Positions 43,127-54,960 of a DNA stretch of 64,000 nucleotides are shown piece after piece. Positions within the stretch are counted from its first letter, which is position 1, and the number at the start of each line of letters is the position of its first letter. Below the pieces are notes generated by a model that ran no database searches, was not told the DNA's origin, and saw only the letters and a program-made list of their open reading frames with translations. Source of the DNA: Lingula anatina (taxonomy: Eukaryota > Animalia > Brachiopoda); the NCBI GenBank assembly GCA_051362555.1, contig CM120643.1:25362848-25426847 (forward strand). The letters run 5' to 3'. Made by a program: the position numbers and the translations under genes.

Positions 43127-46102
43127 TTAAAGTGAGTCAATTGAGTTGCAGCGACTCTTATGAAATGATACTCGAACGGAATTCAATCTCTTGTCATTCT
43201 CTGCATTATAAAAGCTACTTTGTATTTTTGTTACGATCGTCCGCAACAACATCGCTATAGCTCTGTATCCGCGTGCAAACATACATTTTACTTCGTCGCG
43301 GTACGGTTTAGCACTGATGCAGTATAGAAAAAAATTCGACGCATGATTCAAGTAAAAGAGAAGCATAAAGACTGTATAGATGGTAGAATTTCTAACCAGT
43401 TCATCGGTAGTGCAAGCATGGTACACGTCAATTATTCCCGCCTGCATAAAGTTAAACCCCGTTGTCATAACCCAATACGAAAGAGTAACGAGTATTAACA
43501 TTTTCGTAATTTCTTTATCTCTGTCTTCGTATTCCGAGCCATCAACAGGTAGATCTGGCATGGGAATGATCGGCCTGCATTCTTGATTGTTACGTCGTCG
43601 TCGTTCCTTCCATATTTCGTACAGTAACCATCCGTTGATGACAGGCAACCCGACAAATGGCAAGATCCAGTATATCGACAGAGCCACCCATCTGTAGACA
43701 CTGTAGAAGGCAAGTGCGCCCATAATACCTGAAAATGACATCAATGATCAAGACAAAATTGGCGTTATATTGTGCAACGACATATATGGAAAATAATAGA
43801 GACATCATTGTACGCGATGCAAGGCTTTCCCCAGGGGGGCGTCCAGCCGTTATTTGAACGGCCACTTGCTTCAGAAGACGGCCTATATTTTCAAAAATGG
43901 CTGGATGGATTAAGAAATTATTGGGAAATGATACTATATTTGTAGTTGGACTCCAAGAATTCAGTAACCAAATTACAAAGTAACATTTTGGATTCCCTGT
44001 ACCCCAAATCCTGGGGATACCCCTGACGTGATGGCTGATAAAATAATCATCTCCTCTACTTGTAATAACCATGCTAGATAAGACTGACAAAATAAAAAAA
44101 ACTTGAAAATTGGAACCTTCATATTTTAGAAGATAACTGGTCAAGAACAAGATTAAGTAGTGCAGTAAAGGCCCCGTCACACTTATTCGGAATTAGCAGG
44201 AATCAAGCGGAACCAGCCAGAATGATGAATTTTCAAAATTCGTACTACATTCGGGAAGAAATTTCAAATTGACCTAAATTCTTGTAAGAATGCCGTTGGA
44301 ATACTCAGAATGCGCTTGAATCCGCCTGGAATGATTCGTGCACATTTCGGCTGTATTAACTCTTAAATGCAGGTCGAATGTAGTAGGAAAACTAGGAACA
44401 TCGATAATGCTGTCAGAATGCAGTTAGAATATTTAGAATACACTTCGAATGCAGTGGGAGTGTAGTTCGATTGCTGGCTGAAATAGGATTTTGGCAGTCA
44501 TCGAGATGCATTTGAGTAGCATTCCGGCTCATTCTAGCAGGATTTGAAGTGTCTTGCCATTTCGATTCTCCCTCGAACGCGATCAGAATGTTTCGAATGC
44601 TGTCGAAATGCCCTAAGAATATTTAGAATGCACTCATAGTGCAGTGAGAATACACTTAGGATGCAATTCGGTATTTCTCCAGTTGGAATGCACTTCGAAC
44701 GTTTTGAGCATGAGCAAAACATTCGGATCGGCCACAAGAATGGGTGAAAATATTTGGAATGCACTTAGAAATTTTAGAATGCTCTTCGAATATCCAGGAA
44801 CGTACAAAGAATAGTCTTTCCAACGGCATTCCGCCTCTAGTGTGACGGGGCCTTAAGTTTTACCGTTGAAAAACCTGTGGTAGAGCATGGTGATCAATCT
44901 CAGGTATTAGAATCATATTACGAATCACATTACCCTGTCAATCGCATACTCTCCTACATGTACCTATTACAAGCAAAGCATGGGTAAATGATGTCGTATT
45001 TGTTTATGAATATGTCTGTGAATTCATTAATGAAAAAACTGTTAAATCTAAGCCTAGATATCCCGCACCCAAGAATTAGCGTAAAATCAAACCACTGGTA
45101 GTTAGTATAAACACCCACACAAAAATAGTCAAAATATAATCAAAATGTGGTTTTAGCCCCCTTTTTTCCCCAGTTTTAATGGCGTATACCCTGCTAAAAT
45201 CCACCTGGTTTACCTTTAAAAAATAATAATCATCTCAACCACTGGTGAAAGGTACATAGAGCATACTTACCGCAGTTGTTCCCCATGTCTTCTGTGCAGT
45301 TTTTCTCACGAAGTTCTAACATATCAGTGCCATCATGATATATATTCCAACAAACATTTTTACAACATTCTTTAAAGAATATGTCGGAGACAAAGATGTA
45401 TGTGTTGAGGAGCACCATAGCCAAAACAATAGCCACGATGTACAAACGGGTTCTTTTAATGGAGAACCATCTCTCGTGAGCTGCGGTGTTCATGTTTCTT
45501 AAAAGTCGCTCGGCGCTCATTAGAGTTAACGTGATCGCGCTCATTTCTGGTCCACAATATACTGTGAATACGGATATTTTACACAGAGCCACATGTGCAG
45601 TCATCACTGGTACGAGGAGCTCGTATTCAATCCAGTAGAAAAATCCGTTCAATATAGTTAAAATGTCAAACACTGCTATTGCAATCATGAACTGACAGGT
45701 CGCAACTTGGCGGAGCTCTTTTTGTGAGAAAACACAAATGGATAGGATATTACAAACCAGTCCAATACAATAAATGAGCGGTCGACCGACGTAAATCACA
45801 TAGTCTGATATAGCGGCATCGGTTCTATTTAAGTAGTGTGTACGAATCCTAGCGGTTGTAGCAGATGCATTTGTCCAATAATACACACATTTAAGATAGT
45901 CCTCGGGTTTGGGGGTGCAATTTGCGGGTCCCCAGTCAGGGTCGGGTAATGTCTTATCACGAGGCAACGTGCAATACGTCACATTATTCGCCTCTTCCCA
46001 GTAAATGGATGATTCAACATTCCCGTGATATGACACGCACAGTATGAGTATTATCGTTATCACATTTTGTTTTCTTATCGAGGTCCAAAATACTAGCACC
46101 AT
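43127..46102 (-). CDS. Rhodopsin-family orphan GPCR, copy B, ~477 aa
   Basis: Exons 46102-45271 and 43728-43127, same structure and motifs as copy A. 5' UTR exon donor at 48033. Confidence 0.92.
44169..44853. mobile_element. PIF/Harbinger-like non-autonomous element with TAA TSD
   Basis: TAA|AGGCCCCGTCACACT...AGTGTGACGGGGCCT|TAA with GAATG/CATTC-rich interior. Confidence 0.85.
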
Positions 46103-46317
46103 CGTCTCTGAAAGTATCGCCCAAGTGCTGAAATAATTTTTATGTTTATTTAAAAAAAACAGTGTCAAACGAATTTAAATATCGTTAATTAGTGATATTG
46201 TTTGCGTGATTATTCATTATAAATATGATAAATTCATTTCAAAACTAAAACGCATGTAGATTTTATAAGTGGTCAGGTGCGTTCGTAACAAGTTTTTACT
46301 TAATTTTCTCGAAACTA

Positions 46318-47982
46318 CAGATTTGACATTTAATATGGAATATTTCAGTTTCGAAGGTATCCCTTGGTAAAAATGCGTTCTTTTTTCAAAAAACACCGAT
46401 CTCATATGAGATATGTGAATGGAGAAGTGTGTAGTCAGGTGTGTCGCTACCAATTAACTGAATACCAGGTTTGTTGCGCTGCTGCATTATGTAATATGCA
46501 GTGATTTAATTGGGTGGTGCTCCTTTGGGCGGGTCAAAGCTTGGCTTTGGCAAAGCATGGTTCTGTTAAAAAAGTATTCATATGTCGGCAACTATTGCAC
46601 AGAAGAATTTGAAATTTTGCATGTAAGTGGTCAGTTTTACAGTGTGTAAAATGAGTTATGCAGTGCTTTACAAATTTGTTAATCTGTGGCAGAATGGCGC
46701 AAAAAAATCAGACATTGCCAGACAGATAATTCCGCCAAACGAAACGGTGCACACAGTTTTATAGAGTAATGCCCAGACTGATGTACCCACACAAAGGTCA
46801 CACCCAATGTATTGAAATCTTACCACCAGGGTACAGGACCCACTGTCCTTCGGGATATGCTGTTGCAACTAAACAAAAACCACCAAGTCCGTTCAGAATA
46901 AGGGGTAAATTACCACCAAAATTACCACCATTTTCAAGGCCCTTAGCGAACAGCAAACTGGTTTTAGCAGGTTAGAATACAAGACGACCTCCGAGGAACC
47001 CACTGTAAACAGCAAAACATCATTGTATGTTTCTCTAATGAATTGGGGACCTTGACCGTTTCTGGGTAGAACACTGAAACCGCGTGGTTTTCTTTATTGA
47101 GGTCAGATTTCACCTGTACCGCTCATCTAGTCAAAACAGAGTTTACAGACATCCAGAAGAGGCCAACGACGAAGCGTGTGCCGTGTCTAAAGTGACTAAG
47201 GTCATTAACAGCGTCAGTATTTGGAGTGGATGCCTCATTGGTGCCAAAACTCCAATGGTAGTCATCGACAAAAACCTGAACCAGATCAAATAAAGGAATA
47301 ATCTGGGAACCACTTGGCTATCATTTGATAGGGGGCACCTTAGGATCAATTTTAGGTTGCACGGTGATATTGCTGGTTCACACAGAGTACTTTTAATAGC
47401 AGATTACTTACAGAACCAAGGGAATGAGCAGCTACCTTGGTCATCAAAATCGCCATATTTGAATCACATAGACAACATGAGGGTAGGCCATTATTCGCCG
47501 AATCAATGGCCTACACGTCCTACAATAAAATTGGACCACATTGGACAGATTTTGACCGATGCCTGGAATGTTATTCCAAGTTGAACTCTAAAAACCGATC
47601 CCAAGGAATGCCTTGCCGCTTGAGAGCGCTGGTAGCAGCCAGAAGAAGTCAGGCGTAATAACGACCGTTACTGTGACTTGACACTGATATGAGGATCCTT
47701 TGTGGAGCGTGTAACTCTTTTACAGACAATAATTTTGAAAATATGGAGATCCAAAATATCTCTTTTAATGGTTGTTGTATGATATAGAATAGGCGATGTG
47801 TTTTTGTTTGCTTCTCTGGCGCATCCAGTTAATGAACTGATGTCACAATGACATCAAAGAGATAATTAAAAGTTATAAAAACACGATTTTAATCCTTATT
47901 TTCATTTATCAGTCAGCAAAATAGGAAAAAACTGATGAAAAATGATTTGGAAAAAAATATTCCATATTAAATGTCAAGTCTG
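46318..47982 (+). mobile_element. Tc1-like transposon with decayed transposase
   Basis: TA|CAGATTTGACATTTAATATGGAATATTT...AAATATTCCATATTAAATGTCAAGTCTG|TA. Empty site GCAACTA|TTTGGAATAG in copy A (~40054-40070). Fragments VFFIEVRF, VSIWSGC, LPWSSKSPYLNHIDN and MPCRLRALVAAR resemble Tc1 FSDESRF, VMVWG, WPxxSPDLNPIE and MxxRxxAVIxARG, with stops and frameshifts. Confidence 0.9.
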
Positions 47983-48999
47983 TATTTGGAATAGCGGAAG
48001 GGATAGAACAAAAAACATTTCCTTTCGTCTTACCGGTAAAATTGATCTCACCAAACTTCCACACAAAGCAGTGTTCTAATACAGTGAGACGCTCACAGGC
48101 GAAGATGTAGCTATTGGCTCTTTATGAGATGGTAGTCGACTTCAAAATGATCAACTGACTAATGACAATTCAACTGATAACGGGATGTGCTCACCTCATG
48201 TCCTACCATTGGTAAGTCACGTACAGCTGCAGACCTTTCGGTATCATATATCGACAGAGGATATAAATCGGGTGAATTATAAACGAAGTACTTTATCTTT
48301 GTTAATGTGACGACATACACGTTACCTCTGCAGCTATAGATAAAGCACGGTCCGTGGCAGTGATAAGCCAAAACAACAGAGCCAACAGAGATTAAATAAA
48401 AACTGAAGGGTTATTTCAAATGTTCGCGTGGTTTCTGCAAATAAAGTCACTTAAAGCAGTTAAAAACTGCCACCTCACTCTTTTTTAAAGGTGTGAAAGT
48501 AACGTTTTGGAAGCGTCTTGTTTCGACGTCGTAGGCAAAGTCTCCAAACTTAATATTTGCTTTTTGATAAATACAAAACAGAATTGCTATCCTTGTTGAA
48601 GGCAGGCCGCGCCGCCTACAGGAGATATATTACAGTACGCGGTAGACACACACGCTATTAGGCACGTGACCTTTAACGAACACACCCTAATGCTAAATGT
48701 GTGTAAATTTGGTGACATTTGGTGGTGTCTTTTCAATATAATGGACATTTCTTTGCCTCTGTGAAAATCTCAGTGAAACGTCCGATTGAAAGGGGTACAT
48801 GTATTTAATGTGAATAAATGGTATTAAATATTGGTATCTTCACTACTAGTTTGTATTTACTGTTCCATTAATCATGTTAGTTATGGTATCTGGAATGAAA
48901 ATCACTATTTATAACAAATTTCACCGGTGAGGTGGTCATTTATAAAGAAAAGCACATGATGCTGGGGGTGGGACAACCTTTTTGACCAATGTTGTATGG

Positions 49000-49072
49000 C
49001 GCAACAAGATTGCTCTGTTTTCGCGCCAACATACATTTTACTTCGTCGCGGTACGGTTTAGCACTGATGCAG
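49000..49072 (-). pseudogene. Isolated GPCR exon fragment (end of TM7 and helix 8)
   Basis: Reverse complement reads CISAKPYRDEVKCMLA, near-identical to the copy B sequence at ~43270-43322, fused to the 3' flank of copy C. Confidence 0.8.
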
Positions 49073-49215
49073 ATCTGACCTTTAGCAAAATATAAGAATT
49101 TTTATGTTCTTGCAAAATGGCAACAATACAAATTTTTCCTGAAAACTCCTGAAAACTGCAAACTTTTCATTTTGCTGAGGGAACTTCAGGATTAGGGCCT
49201 ATTTGTTGTGTAAAT

Positions 49216-51015
49216 TCATATTCGACCTGAAGGTGTTCCTGGATGTTGCGTTGTGCTATTTGAAAGTGAGTCAACTGAGTTGCAGTGGCTCCCGTCACTC
49301 ATATAAAATGATGCTCGAGCAAGATTCACGCTGTTGTCACTTTCTGTATTGTAAGAGCGACTTTGCATTTTTGATTCGTTCTTATTACGCAACGACGTCT
49401 CGATGGCTCTGTAACCGCTCGCAAAGATAAATTTCACTTCGTCGCGGTACGGTTTAGCACTGATGCAGTACAGAAAAAAATTCGATGCATGATTCAAGTA
49501 AAAGAGAAGAATAAAGATTGAATAGATGGTAGAATTTCTAACCAGTTCATCGGGAGTGCAAGCGTGGTAGACGTCAATTATTCCAGCCTGCATTAAGTTA
49601 CACCCCGTTGTCATAACCCAATACGAAAGAGTCACGAGTATTAACATTTTCGTAATTTCTTTATCTCTGTCTTCGTCGTATTCCGAGCCATCAACAGGTA
49701 GGTCTGGAATGGGAATGATCGACCTGCATTCTTGATTGTTACGTCGTCGTCGCTCCTTCCAAATGTCGTACAGTAACCATCCGTTGATGACAGGCAGCCC
49801 GACAAATGGCAAGATCCAGTAAATTGAAAAAGCCACCCATTTGTAGACACTGTAGAAGGCAAGTGCACCCATATCACCTGAAAAGAAATCAATGATCAAG
49901 ACAAAATTAACGTTTTGTGCAACGATATGTGAATAATAAAAGATACACCTTTCTCCGCATGATTCTCTGGCGATTAGCGTAAAATCAAACCCACTGATAC
50001 ATTAATATATAAACACGTACAAATAAATCAGTCAATAAATAAAAATTAAAAATCTAATTAATTACGCCCTCTTCCCCACCTTAATACTCAGGAACACATG
50101 GTTTTATCAGCGTATATCCTGCTAAAACTCCACCTGTTTACCTTATAAATACTAATGATCTCAACCATTGGTGGAAGGCGTATACTTACCGCAGTTGTTC
50201 CCCATGTTTTCTCTGCATTTTTTCTCATGAAGTTCTAACACATCAGTGCCATCATGATATATATTCCAACAAACATGTTTACAACATTCTTCAAAGAATA
50301 TGTCAGAGGCAAAGGTGTATGTGTTCAGAAGCACCATAGTCAAAACAATAACCACAATGTACATGCGGGTTCTTTTAATGGAGAACCATCTCTCGTGAGC
50401 TGCGGTGTTCAGTTTTCTCATAAGTCTCTCGGCGCTCATTAGAGTCAACGTGATCGCGCTGATTTCTGGCCCACAGTATATTGTAAATACGGATATTTTA
50501 CACAGAACGACATGTGCAGTCACCACTGGTACGAGGAGCTCGTATTCAATCCAGTATAAAAATCCATTCATAATAGTTAAAATGTCAAACACTGCTATTG
50601 CAATCATGAACTGACAGGTCGCAACTTGTCGGAGCGTTTTTAAGGAGAAAACACAAATAGACAAGATATTACAAATCAGTCCAATACAATAAATGAGAGG
50701 CCGACCGACGTAAATCGCAAAGTCCGAGAAAGCGGCATCGGTTCTATTTAAGTAGTGTGTACGAATCCTAGCTCTTGTCACCGATGCATTTGTCCAATAA
50801 TACACACAATTAAGATAGTCCTCGGGTTTGGGGGTGCAATTTCCCCAGTCAGGGTCGGGTAATGCTTTATCACGAGACAACGTGCAATACGTCACATCAT
50901 TCGTCTCTTCCCAGTAAACAGCTGATTCAACATTCCAGTGCCATGATAAGCACAGTAGAAGTGTTATCGTTATCAGATAGTGTTTTCTTATCGAGGTCCA
51001 AAATACTTTTATCAT
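49216..51015 (-). CDS. Rhodopsin-family orphan GPCR, copy C, ~495 aa
   Basis: Exons 51015-50190 and 49877-49216, same structure and motifs. 5' UTR exon donor at 51317. Confidence 0.92.
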
Positions 51016-52389
51016 CTTTTTGGAAAGAATCACCTAAGTGATGAAATAAATTTGTTAACGTTTATACATGTATATGATATAACCAATTTTACAATTTAAT
51101 TTTAAGTTTTAAATTTAAAATGTCGTTTAATTAGTAATTGTTTGTGGTTAAGTTGGATAAAAAAATGTTTCATTTCAAAAATTAAAACGCGTGCAGGTTT
51201 TATAGGTAGTCACTTGAGCTTGTTCAAAGTTGAATTCAATAAATATTTTTTCTTGTATCTGAAGAAGTAAAAAAGAAAGGAAAAGCATAAAACTGAAAAC
51301 GTTTTCATTCGTCTTACCGGTGGAATTGATCTGCCAAAATTTGTAAATCCACGCGGAACAGTACAGTGTTACAGTGCAGTGAGTGATAGCCTGTGAGCCA
51401 CTCACAGTGGAAGACGTGGTTTTTCAATCTCAAAAGGATGGCAGTTGAATTCAGAATGATATATTGAATAATGGCTGTTCATTATATAGCTACACGTGCT
51501 CTCTTCGTGTGTTCATCTCATGTCCTCCCAGTATCAAGTCACGCACAGCTGCAGGCCTTTCGCTTTCATCTGTTTAAAATAGCGACCAAAGATATAAATT
51601 ATGAACAGCATTATCTATGTTTATGTGTGACGTCACACCCTCCTCATAAACGTTAAATCTGCAGCTATTGAAAAAGCACAGACAGCGACAATGATAGGCC
51701 AATACAATCACCCCAACTGAAGGACTATCTCAAATGCTCGCGAGGTTTCCGCAAATTCAAGCAGTTCTAAAGCTCCACCTCACTCCCAAATATTTACATG
51801 TAGTAGTGAACGATGGTAAAAGATTGAAATTACATAAAGTAAAAAACTGATCGACAGACACCGATTATATTGTTATCAAATAACGTTTGGAAAGCGCATC
51901 GGTTATTTTGACGTCATTGGCAAAGTCAACAATCTTACTAAATGCATTTTAATAAATGCAACATAAATGGCGAATCCGGGGATATTGTGAATTTATTTTT
52001 AATTTATTAATTTTCTTATTTCCTATCTGTTATTTCCCCTTCTTCACTTCTGCCTAATCTATAACCTTATCTATAAAAAGGCAAACAACGGTATGTATCT
52101 AAGACTCGATTCGGGCTTTGTTGTGTCACCGACTCATGCACCCGGTGCGCTGGTAGGCCCTACATTTCCCTGTAGGCCCTACTCATTGTCTTCGAATGTA
52201 AATATTTTGAACACACGTAGGCCTACACGTAAATAAAAAAAGAACATTCAGAGACTTGTAGGTCCTTATCACAAAACTAAACCTATACACCTGCTAGGTC
52301 GCTGATTTCGAAATGGGACGCAAATGGGACCACTGATGCGGACACATTGACGATTGTTCGCATTTTTTTTTATCTACATGCGCTCATTA

Positions 52390-53527
52390 GACTCGCCCTT
52401 CAAGAAATCGACGCCTTCAAGAAATCGACGAAAACCGGAAGTGCGTAATTTTTGCACTGTTTTTCCTGTCAGGCCCATCGTAAGGGGCCCGCACACGGTG
52501 AGCATTTGGCGCGCGCCACTTGCGCTGCGCCGTTTTCTCATCGTGTGCGGGGGTATTTTGGTGAGATTTTTGCCTCACTCGCGGCTGAGCAAAATTTCTC
52601 ACGTGTTTGATTTTTTTTTTTGTCTCTTGAGGCAAATGTCTCAGCGTGTGCGGGGTGCAAGCGCCGATTGCTCACGCCATGCTAACAATGCGCATGTGCC
52701 AGTAGCCGGAAACAAACAAAAATGGCAGCCCCCAGTGAAGTCAACAAAAATGTACACAGTTATTAACAGTTAGTCTGATTGATTAACGTGGTCACCATTA
52801 TCCATTACTATCAGAAAAAACAACAATATGTAATGTTTCCTTAAACACATGATCCCACAGTTCACAGTGCGTCCGCTAGGGGCAGGCCGGGAGGCACCTC
52901 TGCTGAGCAAAGAGCGCATCGTTTGCGGGGAGCTGAGAAGCGCGAGCATCTGGCGCAGCGCAAGTGGCGCGCGCTGAATGCTCACCGTGTGCGGGCCCCT
53001 GTAAACACTGTGTTGTCAAGTAAAACGAAGCGTCTGATACAAAGTATCAAACGCGGCATTCACGTGCTTGCTTGCGATGCGTTCAGTACACTTTGTTTAA
53101 ACTGACAAGTCGAGGTCAGAAATGCACAATGTTTTTCTATGTAATTACGCAGTTTCAATTTTGATTAGTAAATTTTCTTTTATCTACATGGTCATTTTCC
53201 GAACATTTGTATAAGCCACGAAATATTTCTCATCGGAAAATCACCCAGCAGCTTTCCAAGTACAAGCGAGTGACGTCATGACGCACTTCCGGTTTTCGTC
53301 GAGATCTTCATGTCTTGAAGGGATTAGCGTTACGGTTTGCTGCGCAATTAAAGCGTTCTGTCTCAAAATGTACTCAACTGCTTGGATTGAAATTTACGGA
53401 ACTTATTCTTCACATGATATCACACCTATGTGCCTAATTTGAGAGCTTTAGCTGTTATATGTTTTCTACAGTGCCCATTCAAATTTGAAAAAGAGCTATT
53501 TTCCGTCGATTTCTTGAAGGGCAAGTC
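52390..53527. mobile_element. Non-autonomous TIR element with probable TA TSD, hosting a nested insertion
   Basis: TA|GACTCGCCCTTCAAGAAATCGACG...CGTCGATTTCTTGAAGGGCAAGTC|TA. A related empty context CTCAT-TA-CCTATT is at ~53784-53796. Superfamily uncertain. Confidence 0.75.
52483..53000. mobile_element. PIF/Harbinger-like element nested in 52390-53527, with GTA TSD
   Basis: About 48-bp TIR AGGGGCCCGCACACGGTGAGCATT..GCGCGCGCCACTTGCGCTGCGCC and its reverse complement, with GTA on both flanks. Confidence 0.85.
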
Positions 53528-54960
53528 TATCTATTTTCAAATATTTCAAATCAAATAAAGTGGATATCAAACGGTGATCTTTTCTTTAATAAACACAACC
53601 AAAAAGTTTCTTTTTTCTTTTTTATTTCATTTTAATAATCATGTACAATATACACAATTCGGTTGCATTCGGTGGTTGTTTCAGTTGGTCATCGTAAAGT
53701 GTAGGTCCCATATAGGCCTACTGATTGTAATAATTAACATAGGGTGCACGGGCACATTGCATGCATTGTTATTTTCACCTGTACTCATTACCTATTAAAC
53801 AGATATTTAAAAATCCAAATGAAGTGAATATCAAACGGTGATTTTTGAAAACAAAATTATCACAAGCACAAAAGTCTTCATTCGCTAATATCTCTAGTGG
53901 TCGTTTCAGCTGTACAGCGTATAAGGTGATCTATATATGAAAACCATGAGAAAGCTTTGCTACAGTGTTCTATTCATGTAGACATTCGCCAGCCTAAAGT
54001 TAACAAGTAGGAAAACGTGTGTCACAAATTGAAAAGTATAGTCTCTGTGAATTTTAATAATTACATGTATGACAGATTTGATGAAAAAAGAAAGTGTAAT
54101 TTTTTTCCAGGGGCCAATCTCCCACTGAATACTTGTATTTAAAAAAAAAAAGGCAAGAGAGAGGTATGAAAAAAGTTTTTCACAGAACACAGAACCAGTA
54201 TTTCATTGTCTAAGTAGGTGGGGGAACAAGGACTAATATCTTTTCCTCGTTTCACAAGAAAACAGTAGACGAGTACGGTCTTTTTATAATACATTGTGCG
54301 TAGATATCGACAAGCAAAATAGTTTTATTATTATTATCATCATTATTATTAAATCCTCGGCATGTAGGCCTATATTAACTAATTGGCTCATTGGATTGCT
54401 GTGTTCAGACCGACCCAACTCTAACAACTGCATCAGGAAGCTATCAGCCGAGTTATATAACAGGACCATTTCCAAACCGCGTTTCTTTATCTAGTTAAAA
54501 GTTAAAATCTATTGATCAATATACTGAAAGCTGAATGCCTTTATTACTGAACATTTTATTTTACATTTTCTATTTATTATTACATTTTCTGAATTGCAGT
54601 CTCGAAAGTACAATTACCAGTTCTTCACTTCTTGGTTATCAAAGCAAAACTCTTTTAAAACAACATCATCATGAAACACATATTACATATATATCAATAT
54701 CGCATATACTTATATATACTTCTCATTTAAAATCAAAGGTAAATTACGTACTGTAAGCTTATTAAAATGAGTTTTGGAGGTTACTAAAAGTAAAGAGAGA
54801 GAGAGAGACGCATAAAATATATTCATTTCAGTTGCGTTTCAGCATGTCTCATGGTGTCTGCATATCCTCTTCCAAAGTAAGTCATTTGCTTACCGTACAA
54901 GATCTAAGTTCTGGATTATTTGTCGCGTAAATTCACCTGTGGATGCCGCGTTGGGCGATT

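Noticed and set aside
43590-44180. 196-aa minus-strand ORF
   Set aside because: Runs through GPCR B intron sequence into the exon out of frame, starts at a non-ATG codon, and has no recognisable domain.
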